From Candidatus Epulonipiscium fishelsonii (GTDB taxonomy: Bacteria; Bacillota; Clostridia; Lachnospirales; Cellulosilyticaceae), in NCBI GenBank assembly GCA_001983475.1, contig LJHD01000038.1:1-51626 (forward strand): a DNA stretch of 51,626 nt. The letters are read 5' to 3'. The notes below the pieces were generated by a model. It worked only from the letters and a program-made list of their open reading frames with translations. It was not told where the DNA came from and did no database searches. Made by a program: the position numbers and the translations under genes. Shown here in pieces: positions 26,905-35,636 of this stretch; the first letter of the stretch is position 1; each line of letters opens with the position of its first letter.

Positions 26905-27858
26905 CTAAAGCGATGAGGTTCTACTATTTTTTATGCTATTTAATAGAAGAGATGCAAATTTAAACACTACAAATCCAATTATTGCTGTTGTAAAATAAAT
27001 TTGTATTCCAAAGATTTGTGTTACAATCTCACTTAAGTCTTCATATCCTTTTGTCATCAAAAATCCAGCCATTTTATTAGAGGCAACACAAGCAATTGCT
27101 AGCGGGAATGTAAGTCCAGCAAATCCAGGATGAAATTCAAAAGAAAAGAACTTTGGTAAGTTAATTAAAATATATATCAATGTAATTAAAAGTACCACAT
27201 ACATAATATAAAGTAAAAGCGACCAAGGATTTTTAAATACATTTATACAACTTACAATAAAAAGGCTCGATGGTGCTGCCAAAATTGCTTTTGTCATAAA
27301 CAGCGGACCAGTTGTGATTGGATAATTTTTTAAACGATATACCATCATTGGTAAAACAATAAACGCAGGAATAAACCCATAACATACTACAAGAACACTA
27401 ATAAATGGTTCATTCATTGGTCCACCTACAACTGTTGCTACCATAATGCCCGCAAGAGTTACAAACCAACTTGGTACAAAATTATCTATATTAAAATTTT
27501 TATATACATTTTTATATACAAAATAAATTAAATGTATTGTATGTAGAGCTAATCCAGTTGCCCATATGGCTTTTCCTACAGTTGGGTAAAATTCAAAAAT
27601 ATAACTCCCAACAATCATAGTTAACATGGTAAATCCCGCATATAAACTTGCTGGTACAACTGCAGAATACTCAGTTTGTATAGTTTTAAAGTGACAAATA
27701 ACTTTTGCAATATAAAAAAGTAATACTATTATACTTGCCCACATACAAATGTGTCTAATTATAGAATAACCCATAATTGTCCAAACATTGGATAGCGTTG
27801 CTAAACCAACCATAGTTGGTAACAATGGAACAGGTATATTTTTTAGTTTTTTTATCAT
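26905..27858 (-). CDS. TDT (TehA/Mae1, SLAC1-like) family anion/dicarboxylate transporter
   Basis: About 10 TM helices. N-terminal KNIPVPLLPTMVGLATLSNVW. Clear paralog of 42461-43423. Confidence 0.7.
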   Translation of the reverse strand: MIKKLKNIPVPLLPTMVGLATLSNVWTIMGYSIIRHICMWASIIVLLFYIAKVICHFKTIQTEYSAVVPASLYAGFTMLTMIVGSYIFEFYPTVGKAIWATGLALHTIHLIYFVYKNVYKNFNIDNFVPSWFVTLAGIMVATVVGGPMNEPFISVLVVCYGFIPAFIVLPMMVYRLKNYPITTGPLFMTKAILAAPSSLFIVSCINVFKNPWSLLLYIMYVVLLITLIYILINLPKFFSFEFHPGFAGLTFPLAIACVASNKMAGFLMTKGYEDLSEIVTQIFGIQIYFTTAIIGFVVFKFASLLLNSIKNSRTSSL

Positions 27859-27950
27859 ATTATACTCCTCCCAATAAATATATTTTAGTATATTATATCA
27901 AAAAAATTGATAGTTGAAAAGAGTAATTTGTATTATAAATCTATTTTATC

Positions 27951-27990
27951 AAACAAGCCGTAAATCCTCTTACTTTAGCTATTTGGATAT
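27951..27990 (-). repeat. Family-A repeat copy (reverse orientation)
   Basis: AAACAAGCCGTAAATCCTCTTACTTTAGCTATTTGGATATA is the reverse complement of the A consensus (...CATAGCTAAAG...GCTTTACGGC...). Confidence 0.6.
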
Positions 27991-28022
27991 AATGCTATTA
28001 ATTCATGCTAAGGGAAAAAGCT

Positions 28023-28075
28023 AAAAAAAAGATAAGATAATTTCCAATACAGGTAATTATCTTATCTTTTTTTTA
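28023..28075. terminator. Bidirectional hairpin terminator (downstream of tRNA-Gly on the minus strand)
   Basis: 13-bp stem AGATAAGATAATT / AATTATCTTATCT, flanked by an A8 run and a T9 run. Confidence 0.7.
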
Positions 28076-28178
28076 GTTATTATAACAAATTTAAGCACAA
28101 CGTAACTAAATCTGTTATTTCTATACAGGTACTTTTTTCAGTATCCTCATATAGAATTCCTTTTCTATACCAAACATA

Positions 28179-28249
28179 AGCGGGTGATGGGAATCGAACC
28201 CACGTAACCAGCTTGGAAGGCTGGTGTTCTACCATTGAACTACACCCGC
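28179..28249 (-). tRNA. tRNA-Gly (anticodon UCC)
   Basis: The minus strand reads GCGGGTGTAGTTCAATGGTAGAACACCAGCCTTCCAAGCTGGTTACGTGGGTTCGATTCCCATCACCCGCT. Acceptor GCGGGTG/CACCCGC, anticodon stem CCAGC/GCTGG with loop CTTCCAA, T-arm GGGTTCGATTCCC. CCA is not encoded. ORF 28080-28292 is an artefact over it. Confidence 0.95.
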
Positions 28250-28487
28250 AAGTATCTTTTATGTTCCGCCATATGTTTCCCCTAGCTGACAAAATGTATT
28301 ATACAAAAGATATCTTTTTATGTCAACACTTTTTTAAAAAATTTTTATAAAATTTTAAAAAGACTAGTTTATCAATATAATATACGCAATTAGAAATTAT
28401 TCATAAAATATCCATCTAAAAAATTAATTTAAATATTAATGTGTGTTGATCTAATTTGCTTTAGTTATATTTTGTTCAGAATACTTG

Positions 28488-28800
28488 GCACTCCCCATAC
28501 CTAAAGGCAGGGGATTCTAAGGTGATTAAAGGACAAATTCATTTCTGCTACTCCAGTATGACCTTTGGTTTAGGGCATGCCATTATAGTTGGCTGATATA
28601 ATTTTGCCTTATATCAAAGACATTTAGTCTTTACGATGTTTTTACGACTTGTTCTTGTCGTGTTTCACTTTACTTTAGAAACATTTTCGATGCATTGAAT
28701 ATTCGCAATTAAAAATTGCTCAAAAGTTTTACACTAGAAATGACTACTTCTAGCAACCACCTATATCATAATTCAAAGAATTGTTCCCATGTATTCAGTT
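28488..28800 (-). mobile_element. Decayed IS200/IS605-family TnpB 3' remnant (with family-A module)
   Basis: There is no intact ORF. Broken minus-strand frames read ...IANIQCIENVSKVK (like D-x-NAA-x-NI) and ...GHTGVAEMNLSFNHLRIPCL*VWGV (a GHTG-type TnpB C-terminus). It ends in the A module at 28488-28532. Confidence 0.35.
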
Positions 28801-28861
28801 GTATCCGGATTATACAATAAATATTAAAATATAACAAGAGCTTTAAATAAAGATTTAATAG

Positions 28862-28904
28862 CCTTATATCCCCATAGCTAAAAGTTACGGCTTGTTTAGT
28901 AAAC
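28862..28904 (+). repeat. Family-A repeat copy (internally deleted)
   Basis: CCTTATATCCCCATAGCTAAAAGTTACGGCTTGTTTAGTAAAC aligns with 5021-5069. Confidence 0.65.
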
Positions 28905-29073
28905 TAGATAAAGTTTAATTACAATATTTACACAAAAAAAACATATTTTAACCATAATTTTCCCATATTTATAAAGTAATATAGGAAACAGGTTATTGAT
29001 ACTTCCCTCAAAATTTCAAAAACCTATACTAAAAAGACCATACTAAATGCACATATGTTAAATGGAGGCAATT

Positions 29074-29637
29074 ATGAAAAAATTAATATTAATAGGGATA
29101 TCAGTAATGATGTCAACAGGAGTGGTATATGCCACTGAAACAAAAGAAATTCCTGAAAGAGGACAAATTAAAAACTTTTCTGCTGAAGAGTTAGAAAATA
29201 TAAAAGCAGAACGTGAAGTCCAAAGACAAAATAAGCGAGAAGAATTTGTACTTAAAGAAGATATGCAAAAAGGTAGTAAAATGAAATTTTCTGATGAAGA
29301 AAGAAAAGAAAGAGTGTACGCAAAATTAATTGAATTAGGATATACTCAAGAAGAATTAGATGAAAATGCTGCAGAAAGAAAAGAACGATTATTAAATATT
29401 CTATCCAAATATAATGTAACTGAGGAAAATTTTGATCAATTACAAGCAGCTAAGAAAGAAGGAAAAGATAATTTCGAGGAAAAACTAGATGAATTAGGGT
29501 TAACAAAAGAAGTGATGAAGCAAATTAGAGAAGAAGTTCAGGCTGAAGGTTATGATTTATATCATGAATTTGAAAAAATAGAAAGATCTAGGAAAACAAA
29601 TGGGATGAAAAAATTACAAACATCTAAAGATGCTTAA
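29074..29637 (+). CDS. Secreted E/K-rich hypothetical protein
   Basis: Start moved to ATG 29074 (MKKLILIGISVMMSTGVVYATE, signal-peptide-like) behind GGAGG. The rest is a charged helical sequence. Confidence 0.6.
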   Translation: MKKLILIGISVMMSTGVVYATETKEIPERGQIKNFSAEELENIKAEREVQRQNKREEFVLKEDMQKGSKMKFSDEERKERVYAKLIELGYTQEELDENAAERKERLLNILSKYNVTEENFDQLQAAKKEGKDNFEEKLDELGLTKEVMKQIREEVQAEGYDLYHEFEKIERSRKTNGMKKLQTSKDA

Positions 29638-29797
29638 GATAATTACCTGATAAAATATGCACGAGTTTGCATAAATATGCATGTTGGAGTAATACCAATT
29701 GTATTGGACAACATGTGCTAGTGGGAAGAAATATATTAGGGTATTTTGTCAGTTGTATTTTGTTAGATATAGGTGTATACTTTAATAGTTAACCCGT

Positions 29798-29889
29798 GCG
29801 AAAAAAACAATTAGCAGAGTAATCGCGAAAAAATAAGTAGCAATTAGGCGAAAAAATAAGTAGTAGAGCAGACGCGAAAGAATAAGTAG
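29798..29889 (+). repeat. Four direct repeats of a 16-nt motif (GCGAAAAAATAAGTAG), iteron-like
   Basis: Copies start at 29798 (degenerate), 29825, 29848 and 29874, spaced 27, 23 and 26 nt apart. The region is noncoding. Confidence 0.8.
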
Positions 29890-30350
29890 TAACTGATTGA
29901 CAACAAAACTAAAATTAAGTAAGATATACTTCAAACATTAACATTAATGGAAAACCATGGCCATGGACCTTAGTTTAAATCAATATATAATACTGTTTAT
30001 AATCTCTTTAAAAAACTTAAATCTTGGATAATAAACATAAAGTATTGTTAATTTATCCTAACATAGTGTCATCTTATAATAATTGTACATTTGAGATTAT
30101 AAACAGGTTATGTAAATGCTAGTAAAGGAATTAAATTATAAGTATAATTGCTCACGATAAGTGGAATCATTCCTGCATCACGGAGTTATGAATAACATGA
30201 CTGAATCTGATATTCATGACACTAGAAAAAGACCAAATGAATTTTTATTTAAGAATATCACTGGTGACCTAAGACTAATGGGCCTATTTCTAGTATGGAA
30301 AAATATTTTGAAATGGATTGTGCAAGTTAACAATAAACTTTTTAACTAGC

Positions 30351-30680
30351 ACTCCACTCCCTAACCAAAATAAAATTCAGCTTTTTCATCCCATACCCAC
30401 TCCCTAAATAGAATTCAACTTTTCATTCATCATTCCGTTCCTAAATAGAATTCAGCTTTTTCATCTCATACCCACTCCCTAAATAGAATTCAGCTTTTTC
30501 ATCCCATACCCACTCCCTAAATAGAATTCAGCTTTTTCATCCCATACTACACTCCCTAAATAAAATTCAGGGTTTTCCTCCAATACTCTACTTCCTAAAT
30601 AAATTCAACTTTTTCATCTAGCATTCTGTTCCTAAATAAAATTCAGGGTTTTCCTCCATCATTCCGTTCCTAAATCCGTT
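30351..30680 (+). repeat. Tandem array, about 8.5 copies of a 38-bp unit (ACTCCCTAAATAGAATTCAGCTTTTTCATCCCATACCC)
   Basis: The AATTCA anchor recurs at 30374, 30412, 30449, 30487, 30525, 30564, 30602 and 30640 (period 37-39). The central copies are near-identical and the outer copies degenerate. Confidence 0.9.
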
Positions 30681-31206
30681 ATCATAAATAACAGGTTTAA
30701 TCAAATTGTTCCTGAAGTATAACTAATAATTTATAAATAGATAACATTTCTTTGTACAAATTGTACCTTAATAAGTTTCTTCAGATTAATTCAAGAATGA
30801 AAATCCAAAGATTTTTCAGCTTTTTTTTGTATAAATATTCATTCCTTATACATTACCTACGCAAAATATTTGCATGTATCAATACATTCACTTAACTGAT
30901 GCACTAATAGCAACTCACAGATAACCTTGAAAAGAAGCTTCCTTCGTATTCAATTTAAATAAATTATTAAAGAAAAAAGTATGAAATTTTAGCATTCAAA
31001 CGTTTAAAAAGCAAAACACCCGTAAGAAGGAACTAAGAAAAAGGAACTAAGAAATTGGATTAGCAAGCATAGAAATGAGCTTTTTATAAGCTGAAACTGC
31101 CACCCCTAAATGAGTTGCACCCATAAAGTTAGACAGAAGAAAGTAGACAGTTCACTAAAGGAGTGGACTTTACGCCCATTGATGTAAATCAGCAGAAAAA
31201 ATTAAA

Positions 31207-31234
31207 AGCTAGAATTTTAAATAAAATTCTAGCC
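31207..31234 (-). terminator. Rho-independent terminator of the C_GCAxxG_C_C gene
   Basis: Perfect 11-bp stem GCTAGAATTTT / AAAATTCTAGC, followed on the minus strand by a T-rich tract. Confidence 0.6.
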
Positions 31235-31407
31235 CGTAATATATTATAAATATGATATTAATTTATAGTAACATTAAATCGTTTATATTTTAATAATAAA
31301 AATTTAAATATGAGTATTATATTTATAGGGTAGCCGTTTTCAAAGTTATCTGATTGACACTCCCTACAGGAGTTTCCCACTATACTCAAATTGCACAATG
31401 TATTAAT

Positions 31408-31863
31408 CTAAATATATTTAGATACAACTTCACATGCTACTTCTACAGCTCTTTCACAATTACGTTTTCTTTCAACACCGTCAAAATTTTTATAGTTGTT
31501 GCACATATCAAAGCATATTGTTGAGCCAAATACCTTTTCAAAATCATCTGAGATGTTTTTAAATATTGGATAAACATCTTTATTTAATTGAACTGCTCTA
31601 TCACGTACAGTATCTTTTTCAAAAGGATCTTTTCTTCCATAGTTAAAACCCGCTACTATACATGCTGCTGATAATGCTCCACAGGTGTTTTTTCTGGTTC
31701 TTCCAATTCCACCACCAAATCCTGAAGATATAGTTACCAAATTACTGTCAAGTTCTGGATGTAAATCTAAATAGGCTTTTAATGTACATTCTGCACAATT
31801 TAAACCTTCTCTAAAATAATCTGTTGCACTCTTTACAAATAATTCTTTTTCATTTTCATTCAT
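31408..31863 (-). CDS. C_GCAxxG_C_C family redox protein
   Basis: N-terminal CAEC, then NTCGALSAAC (the CGAxxG motif), plus C-terminal Cys residues. Size is about 150 aa. RBS GGAGG. Confidence 0.75.
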   Translation of the reverse strand: MNENEKELFVKSATDYFREGLNCAECTLKAYLDLHPELDSNLVTISSGFGGGIGRTRKNTCGALSAACIVAGFNYGRKDPFEKDTVRDRAVQLNKDVYPIFKNISDDFEKVFGSTICFDMCNNYKNFDGVERKRNCERAVEVACEVVSKYI

Positions 31864-31925
31864 AATTAATCCTCCAATTAAAGTTTAAAGTCTTGTTAAG
31901 TTAATTGCTAGCAAAAGTATTTTAT

Positions 31926-31976
31926 CTTGCGTTGGAGTTCAGGGATAACGGCCCCACACCCCCCACACAAAATTTT
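31926..31976 (-). repeat. Family-F G/C-rich leader module
   Basis: In sense orientation it reads TGTGTGGGGGGTGTGGGGCCGTTATCCCTGAACTCCAACGCAAG. It aligns with the leader of the ABC exporter (9099-9140). Confidence 0.6.
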
Positions 31977-31986
31977 AAAATCTTTA

Positions 31987-32080
31987 AATCTAATAAATAA
32001 CCTTATTTAGTATGTTAAGAGTTGTTAACCAATAATCTAATAAATAACCTTATTTAGTATGTTAAGAGTTGTTAACCAAT
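31987..32080. repeat. Perfect 47-bp tandem duplication
   Basis: AATCTAATAAATAACCTTATTTAGTATGTTAAGAGTTGTTAACCAAT occurs twice, head to tail. Confidence 0.9.
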
Positions 32081-32217
32081 AAAAAGAGAAGCTAGTATGC
32101 TTCCCTTTATTCAGGAATTACGGATATAGGAACAACGTGACTAAATCTGTTATTCGTGGTAAGGAGAAAAGGTAAAAAATCTTTTTTCCTTATGTTATAT
32201 ATTTATATGTCAGAAAT

Positions 32218-34011
32218 TTACATGTCAGAAAGTTCAATCATTAAGTTACTAACAAACTCGTCATATAATTTCTTTCCTTCTATACTTTGAGCTTCTTCCG
32301 CTTTATTGATATAGTATGTTTCATCTTGTTTATTTACTTTAGCAACTCCATTAAAGAAATCACCAACATAATCATAGTCTAAAGAAATAACTTCTTTGCC
32401 CATTGGATTAATAAATCCATATTTCTTGTTTTTTTCAACTCTAGCAACCCCATCATAAAAATTCCATGCATAGTTATATATTATTGAAATAATTTCTTTG
32501 CCTGTTTTATCAACAAAGCCATATTTACCATCTTTTTTTACTCTAGCGAAACCGTTTATAAAGTTATTAGCATAGTCATATTTTACTGGAACAACTTCTT
32601 TACCTGTAGCATCAACAAATCCATATTTGCCATTTTTTTCAACTCTGCCAAGTCCATTACTAAAGTTATTAGCATCATCATAAATTACATTTGTTATACA
32701 ATCTTTGTTAACAAAGCCGTATTTACCATCTTTTTTTACTCTACCAGCTCCATCTTTAAAATCCCATGCATAATCATATATTGCTGGTGCTACTTCCTTA
32801 CCATCTTTGTCAACAAAACCATATTTACCATTTTTTTGAATTTTGCCAACACCATCACTGAAGTCCCATGCGTATTCATATTCTATAGGAGCTACTGCTT
32901 TACCAGATTTATTAAAATAACCATATTTACCATCTTTTTTTACTCTAGCAACATCGCCATTAAAATCCCATGCATGGTCATAGATTATTGGTACAATTTC
33001 ATTTCCTATTTCATTAACAAAACCATACTTACCATCTTTTTTTACTCTAATACTCCAGTTTTCTAAATCATCAACAGTTTTAAAACAAATGTCTTCAATG
33101 CTTTCAATTTTTTTAGTAATACCCCATGCCTGCTCTGTATCTATTTCAACTTTATTATTTGGAATATACGCAGCATCATAAATTACAGGGATAATTTCTG
33201 TTCCTGTTACATCAATAAAACCAAATTTACCATCTTTTTCAACTTTAAAAAGTCCGTTAAAAGGTTGAATACTATCATAAATTAAAGGTATAACTTTTGT
33301 TCCTGTAGCATCAAAATAACCACATTTGCCATCTTTTTCAACTTTAAAAAGTTTTTCACTGATAGAAATTTTATCATAATTACAAGGTATTACATGATTT
33401 GCTGCTCTATCAATATAGCCATATTTATTATCTTTTTTTACTATTGCGTGGTCGTCGGTGAATGTCCCTATTTTATCATAAACACAAGGTAATATTTCCT
33501 TTCCAGCTTTATTAATAAAACCATGCTTACCATTTAATTTAACTGAAATGAGCTCTTTAACTCCAGAATAACAAATACTTTCATATGTACAAGGAAGTAT
33601 TTCTTTCCCCTCGTTATCGATAATTCCATATTTTTCACCTTTTTGGACTAATATGAATTTTTTGGTAAAATTAAATACCCAATCGTAAATACAAGAAATT
33701 ATTTCTTCACCTTTTTTATTAATATAACCAAATTTACCACCTTTCTTTACTATTGCAATACCGTTTTTGAAAGAATATCCATACGAGCCATCCCACTCAT
33801 AGATAAAAGGTATAACTTCATTGCCATCTTTATCAATAAATCCTCCCTTACCAAATAGAGCATCCCAATCACTTAAACCTTCTCTTTTGTTAACACCCGC
33901 TAAACCTTCACTGAAATCTCTTACATCATCATATATACAAGAAATTAATGTTTTCCCTGATTTATCACTAAAACCAAATTTATTACCTTTTTTAAGTTTT
34001 GAAATTACCAC
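32218..34011 (-). CDS. WG-repeat (KWG/WG_beta_rep) containing protein
   Basis: About 14 repeats of the type KDGKYGFVDKDGKEVAPAIYDYAWDFKDGAGRV. Apparent GTG start behind AAGGGGGA. Confidence 0.8.
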   Translation of the reverse strand: MVISKLKKGNKFGFSDKSGKTLISCIYDDVRDFSEGLAGVNKREGLSDWDALFGKGGFIDKDGNEVIPFIYEWDGSYGYSFKNGIAIVKKGGKFGYINKKGEEIISCIYDWVFNFTKKFILVQKGEKYGIIDNEGKEILPCTYESICYSGVKELISVKLNGKHGFINKAGKEILPCVYDKIGTFTDDHAIVKKDNKYGYIDRAANHVIPCNYDKISISEKLFKVEKDGKCGYFDATGTKVIPLIYDSIQPFNGLFKVEKDGKFGFIDVTGTEIIPVIYDAAYIPNNKVEIDTEQAWGITKKIESIEDICFKTVDDLENWSIRVKKDGKYGFVNEIGNEIVPIIYDHAWDFNGDVARVKKDGKYGYFNKSGKAVAPIEYEYAWDFSDGVGKIQKNGKYGFVDKDGKEVAPAIYDYAWDFKDGAGRVKKDGKYGFVNKDCITNVIYDDANNFSNGLGRVEKNGKYGFVDATGKEVVPVKYDYANNFINGFARVKKDGKYGFVDKTGKEIISIIYNYAWNFYDGVARVEKNKKYGFINPMGKEVISLDYDYVGDFFNGVAKVNKQDETYYINKAEEAQSIEGKKLYDEFVSNLMIELSDM

Positions 34012-34167
34012 ACTATTTCCCCCTTGTTTTAATAATTATTATAAAAAATAAAATATCATTTTTTTGCATTCGTATATTTTATTTTAATGATAGTATAGTG
34101 CATTTTTTATAATTTTTCAACGCATGTTTAACATTTTAATAATATTTTTTTATTATTTCTTAATACC

Positions 34168-34196
34168 TTGTGAAAAATAAAAAAAATTGTTATTAT
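34168..34196 (+). promoter_or_regulatory. Putative sigma-A promoter of ilvA
   Basis: TTGTGA-17 nt-TATTAT, about 38 nt upstream of the ATG. Confidence 0.3.
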
Positions 34197-34233
34197 GAAA
34201 TTGTATCAAAATATTTTAACTGGAGGTAACATT

Positions 34234-35430
34234 ATGAATGAACAAATTGAGCAAGCATATGAAAATATAAAAGATGTTGTTGTGCAAACTCCACTACTTT
34301 ATAGCCAATTTTTGTCAAAAACGTATAAAAATAAAATTTACCTAAAATGTGAAAATTTACAAATTACTGGAGCGTATAAATTAAGAGGCGCATTAAATAA
34401 AATTCGCAATCTTACTCCAGAGGAAAAGAAAAAAGGAGTGGTGTGTGCATCAGCTGGAAACCATGCACAAGGAGTTGCCTATGCTGCTTCATCTGAAAAA
34501 ATAAAATCTATTATAGTTATGCCAAAAACAACTCCATTTTTAAAAGTTCAATCTACACGTGATTTTGGAGGACAGGTTGTGTTATATGGAGATTGTTTTG
34601 ATGATGCGTATCAAAAAGCAAAGCAAATTGAAAAAGAAGAAGGAATAACATTTGTTCATCCATTTGATGATATGGATATTATTAGAGGCCAAGGAACAGT
34701 GGCTCTTGAACTATTTGAGCAGCTTCAAGACATTGATGTAATTGTGTGCCCAATTGGAGGTGGTGGACTTATTAGCGGAATAAGCTTATACGCTAAATCC
34801 GTAAATCCAAATATAAAAATAATTGGTGTTCAAGCTGCTGGAGCAAATGCTATGGAAAAAAGTTTTAAAGCTAAAAAACTAATGGGTACTGACTCTGTAA
34901 ATACTATTGCAGAGGGAATTGCTGTTAAAAATCCAGGGATGTTAAATTTTTCGTTTATTAGTCAATTTGTGGATGATATAGTAACAGTAACAGACCATAG
35001 CATTGTGGAAAGTTTATTGACTTTAATGGAAAAGCATAAAATTGTGGCGGAAACATCTGGAGCTACTTCTATTGCGGCCTTAAAAAAGATAAATTATAGT
35101 GATAAGAACATTGTGTGTATTGTCAGTGGTGGAAATATTGATATGATTAAAATTTCTTCTTTAGTTAACAGTGGATTGGTCTCTAGGGGACGAATGTTTT
35201 GTTTTAATGTGGAAATTCCAAATACTCCAGGACAACTAGTAAAAGTTATATCATATTTAACCGAACTAGGGGTTAACATTATTAATCTTGATCATAATCA
35301 ATTTAAAGCTAAAAATAAAGTTCAAAATGTACAAGTGGAATTTACCATAGAAACCAATGGTTTTGAACATATTCAACAAGTTAAACAAACACTTGAAGAA
35401 CATGGATATTTTATAACTCAACAATATTAA
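34234..35430 (+). CDS. ilvA: Threonine ammonia-lyase (threonine dehydratase) with a C-terminal ACT-like domain
   Basis: PLP-lysine motif TGAYKLRGA, SAGNHAQGVAYAA and the GGGGLISG glycine loop. Start moved to ATG 34234 behind GGAGG. Confidence 0.85.
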   Translation: MNEQIEQAYENIKDVVVQTPLLYSQFLSKTYKNKIYLKCENLQITGAYKLRGALNKIRNLTPEEKKKGVVCASAGNHAQGVAYAASSEKIKSIIVMPKTTPFLKVQSTRDFGGQVVLYGDCFDDAYQKAKQIEKEEGITFVHPFDDMDIIRGQGTVALELFEQLQDIDVIVCPIGGGGLISGISLYAKSVNPNIKIIGVQAAGANAMEKSFKAKKLMGTDSVNTIAEGIAVKNPGMLNFSFISQFVDDIVTVTDHSIVESLLTLMEKHKIVAETSGATSIAALKKINYSDKNIVCIVSGGNIDMIKISSLVNSGLVSRGRMFCFNVEIPNTPGQLVKVISYLTELGVNIINLDHNQFKAKNKVQNVQVEFTIETNGFEHIQQVKQTLEEHGYFITQQY

Positions 35431-35475
35431 AAACATAACAAAACAAGGTATTAAATAAAGTAAATAACTTTTAAA

Positions 35476-35506
35476 GCGTGGGGTTGGGATCGCTCCTCAA
35501 CCCAAT
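35476..35506 (+). repeat. Family-F related G/C-rich hairpin in the proC leader
   Basis: GCGTGGGGTTGGGATCGCTCCTCAACCCAAT, with stem GGTTGGGA / TCCTCAACC. Confidence 0.5.
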
Positions 35507-35636
35507 TCTTAATCTTTTGTTATAAACAAATATTGCATTATAAAGAAATCAGCCTTAATAGTTGTACTAAGTGAAAATGAATTTTCCAACAACTTAACAA
35601 AAATATAATTTAGATGAAATTTAAGGAGGGATTTAG

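Noticed and set aside
28080-28292. 70-aa ORF
   Set aside because: It overlaps the tRNA-Gly gene on the same strand. Its SSMVEHQPSKLVTWVRFPS-type sequence is the typical translation of a tRNA.
30161-30349. 62-aa ORF in the noncoding island
   Set aside because: It has a non-ATG start, no RBS and no motif, and it lies in repeat-rich decayed DNA. At best it is a pseudogene fragment.
30351-30680. Possible CRISPR array
   Set aside because: The units abut each other with a 38-bp period. The variable parts are only about 12 nt long and are mutually similar, so there are no unique spacers. No cas genes or leader are present. It is a plain tandem repeat.
30351-30680. Tandem mini-ORFs (GGGAG-N10-ATG AAA AAG CTG AAT TCT ATT TAG, encoding MKKLNSI) on the minus strand of the 38-bp array
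   Set aside because: The ATG and the stop are preserved in only about half of the units (units with GGGTTTTCC lose the ATG). Peptide coding is therefore not the conserved property.
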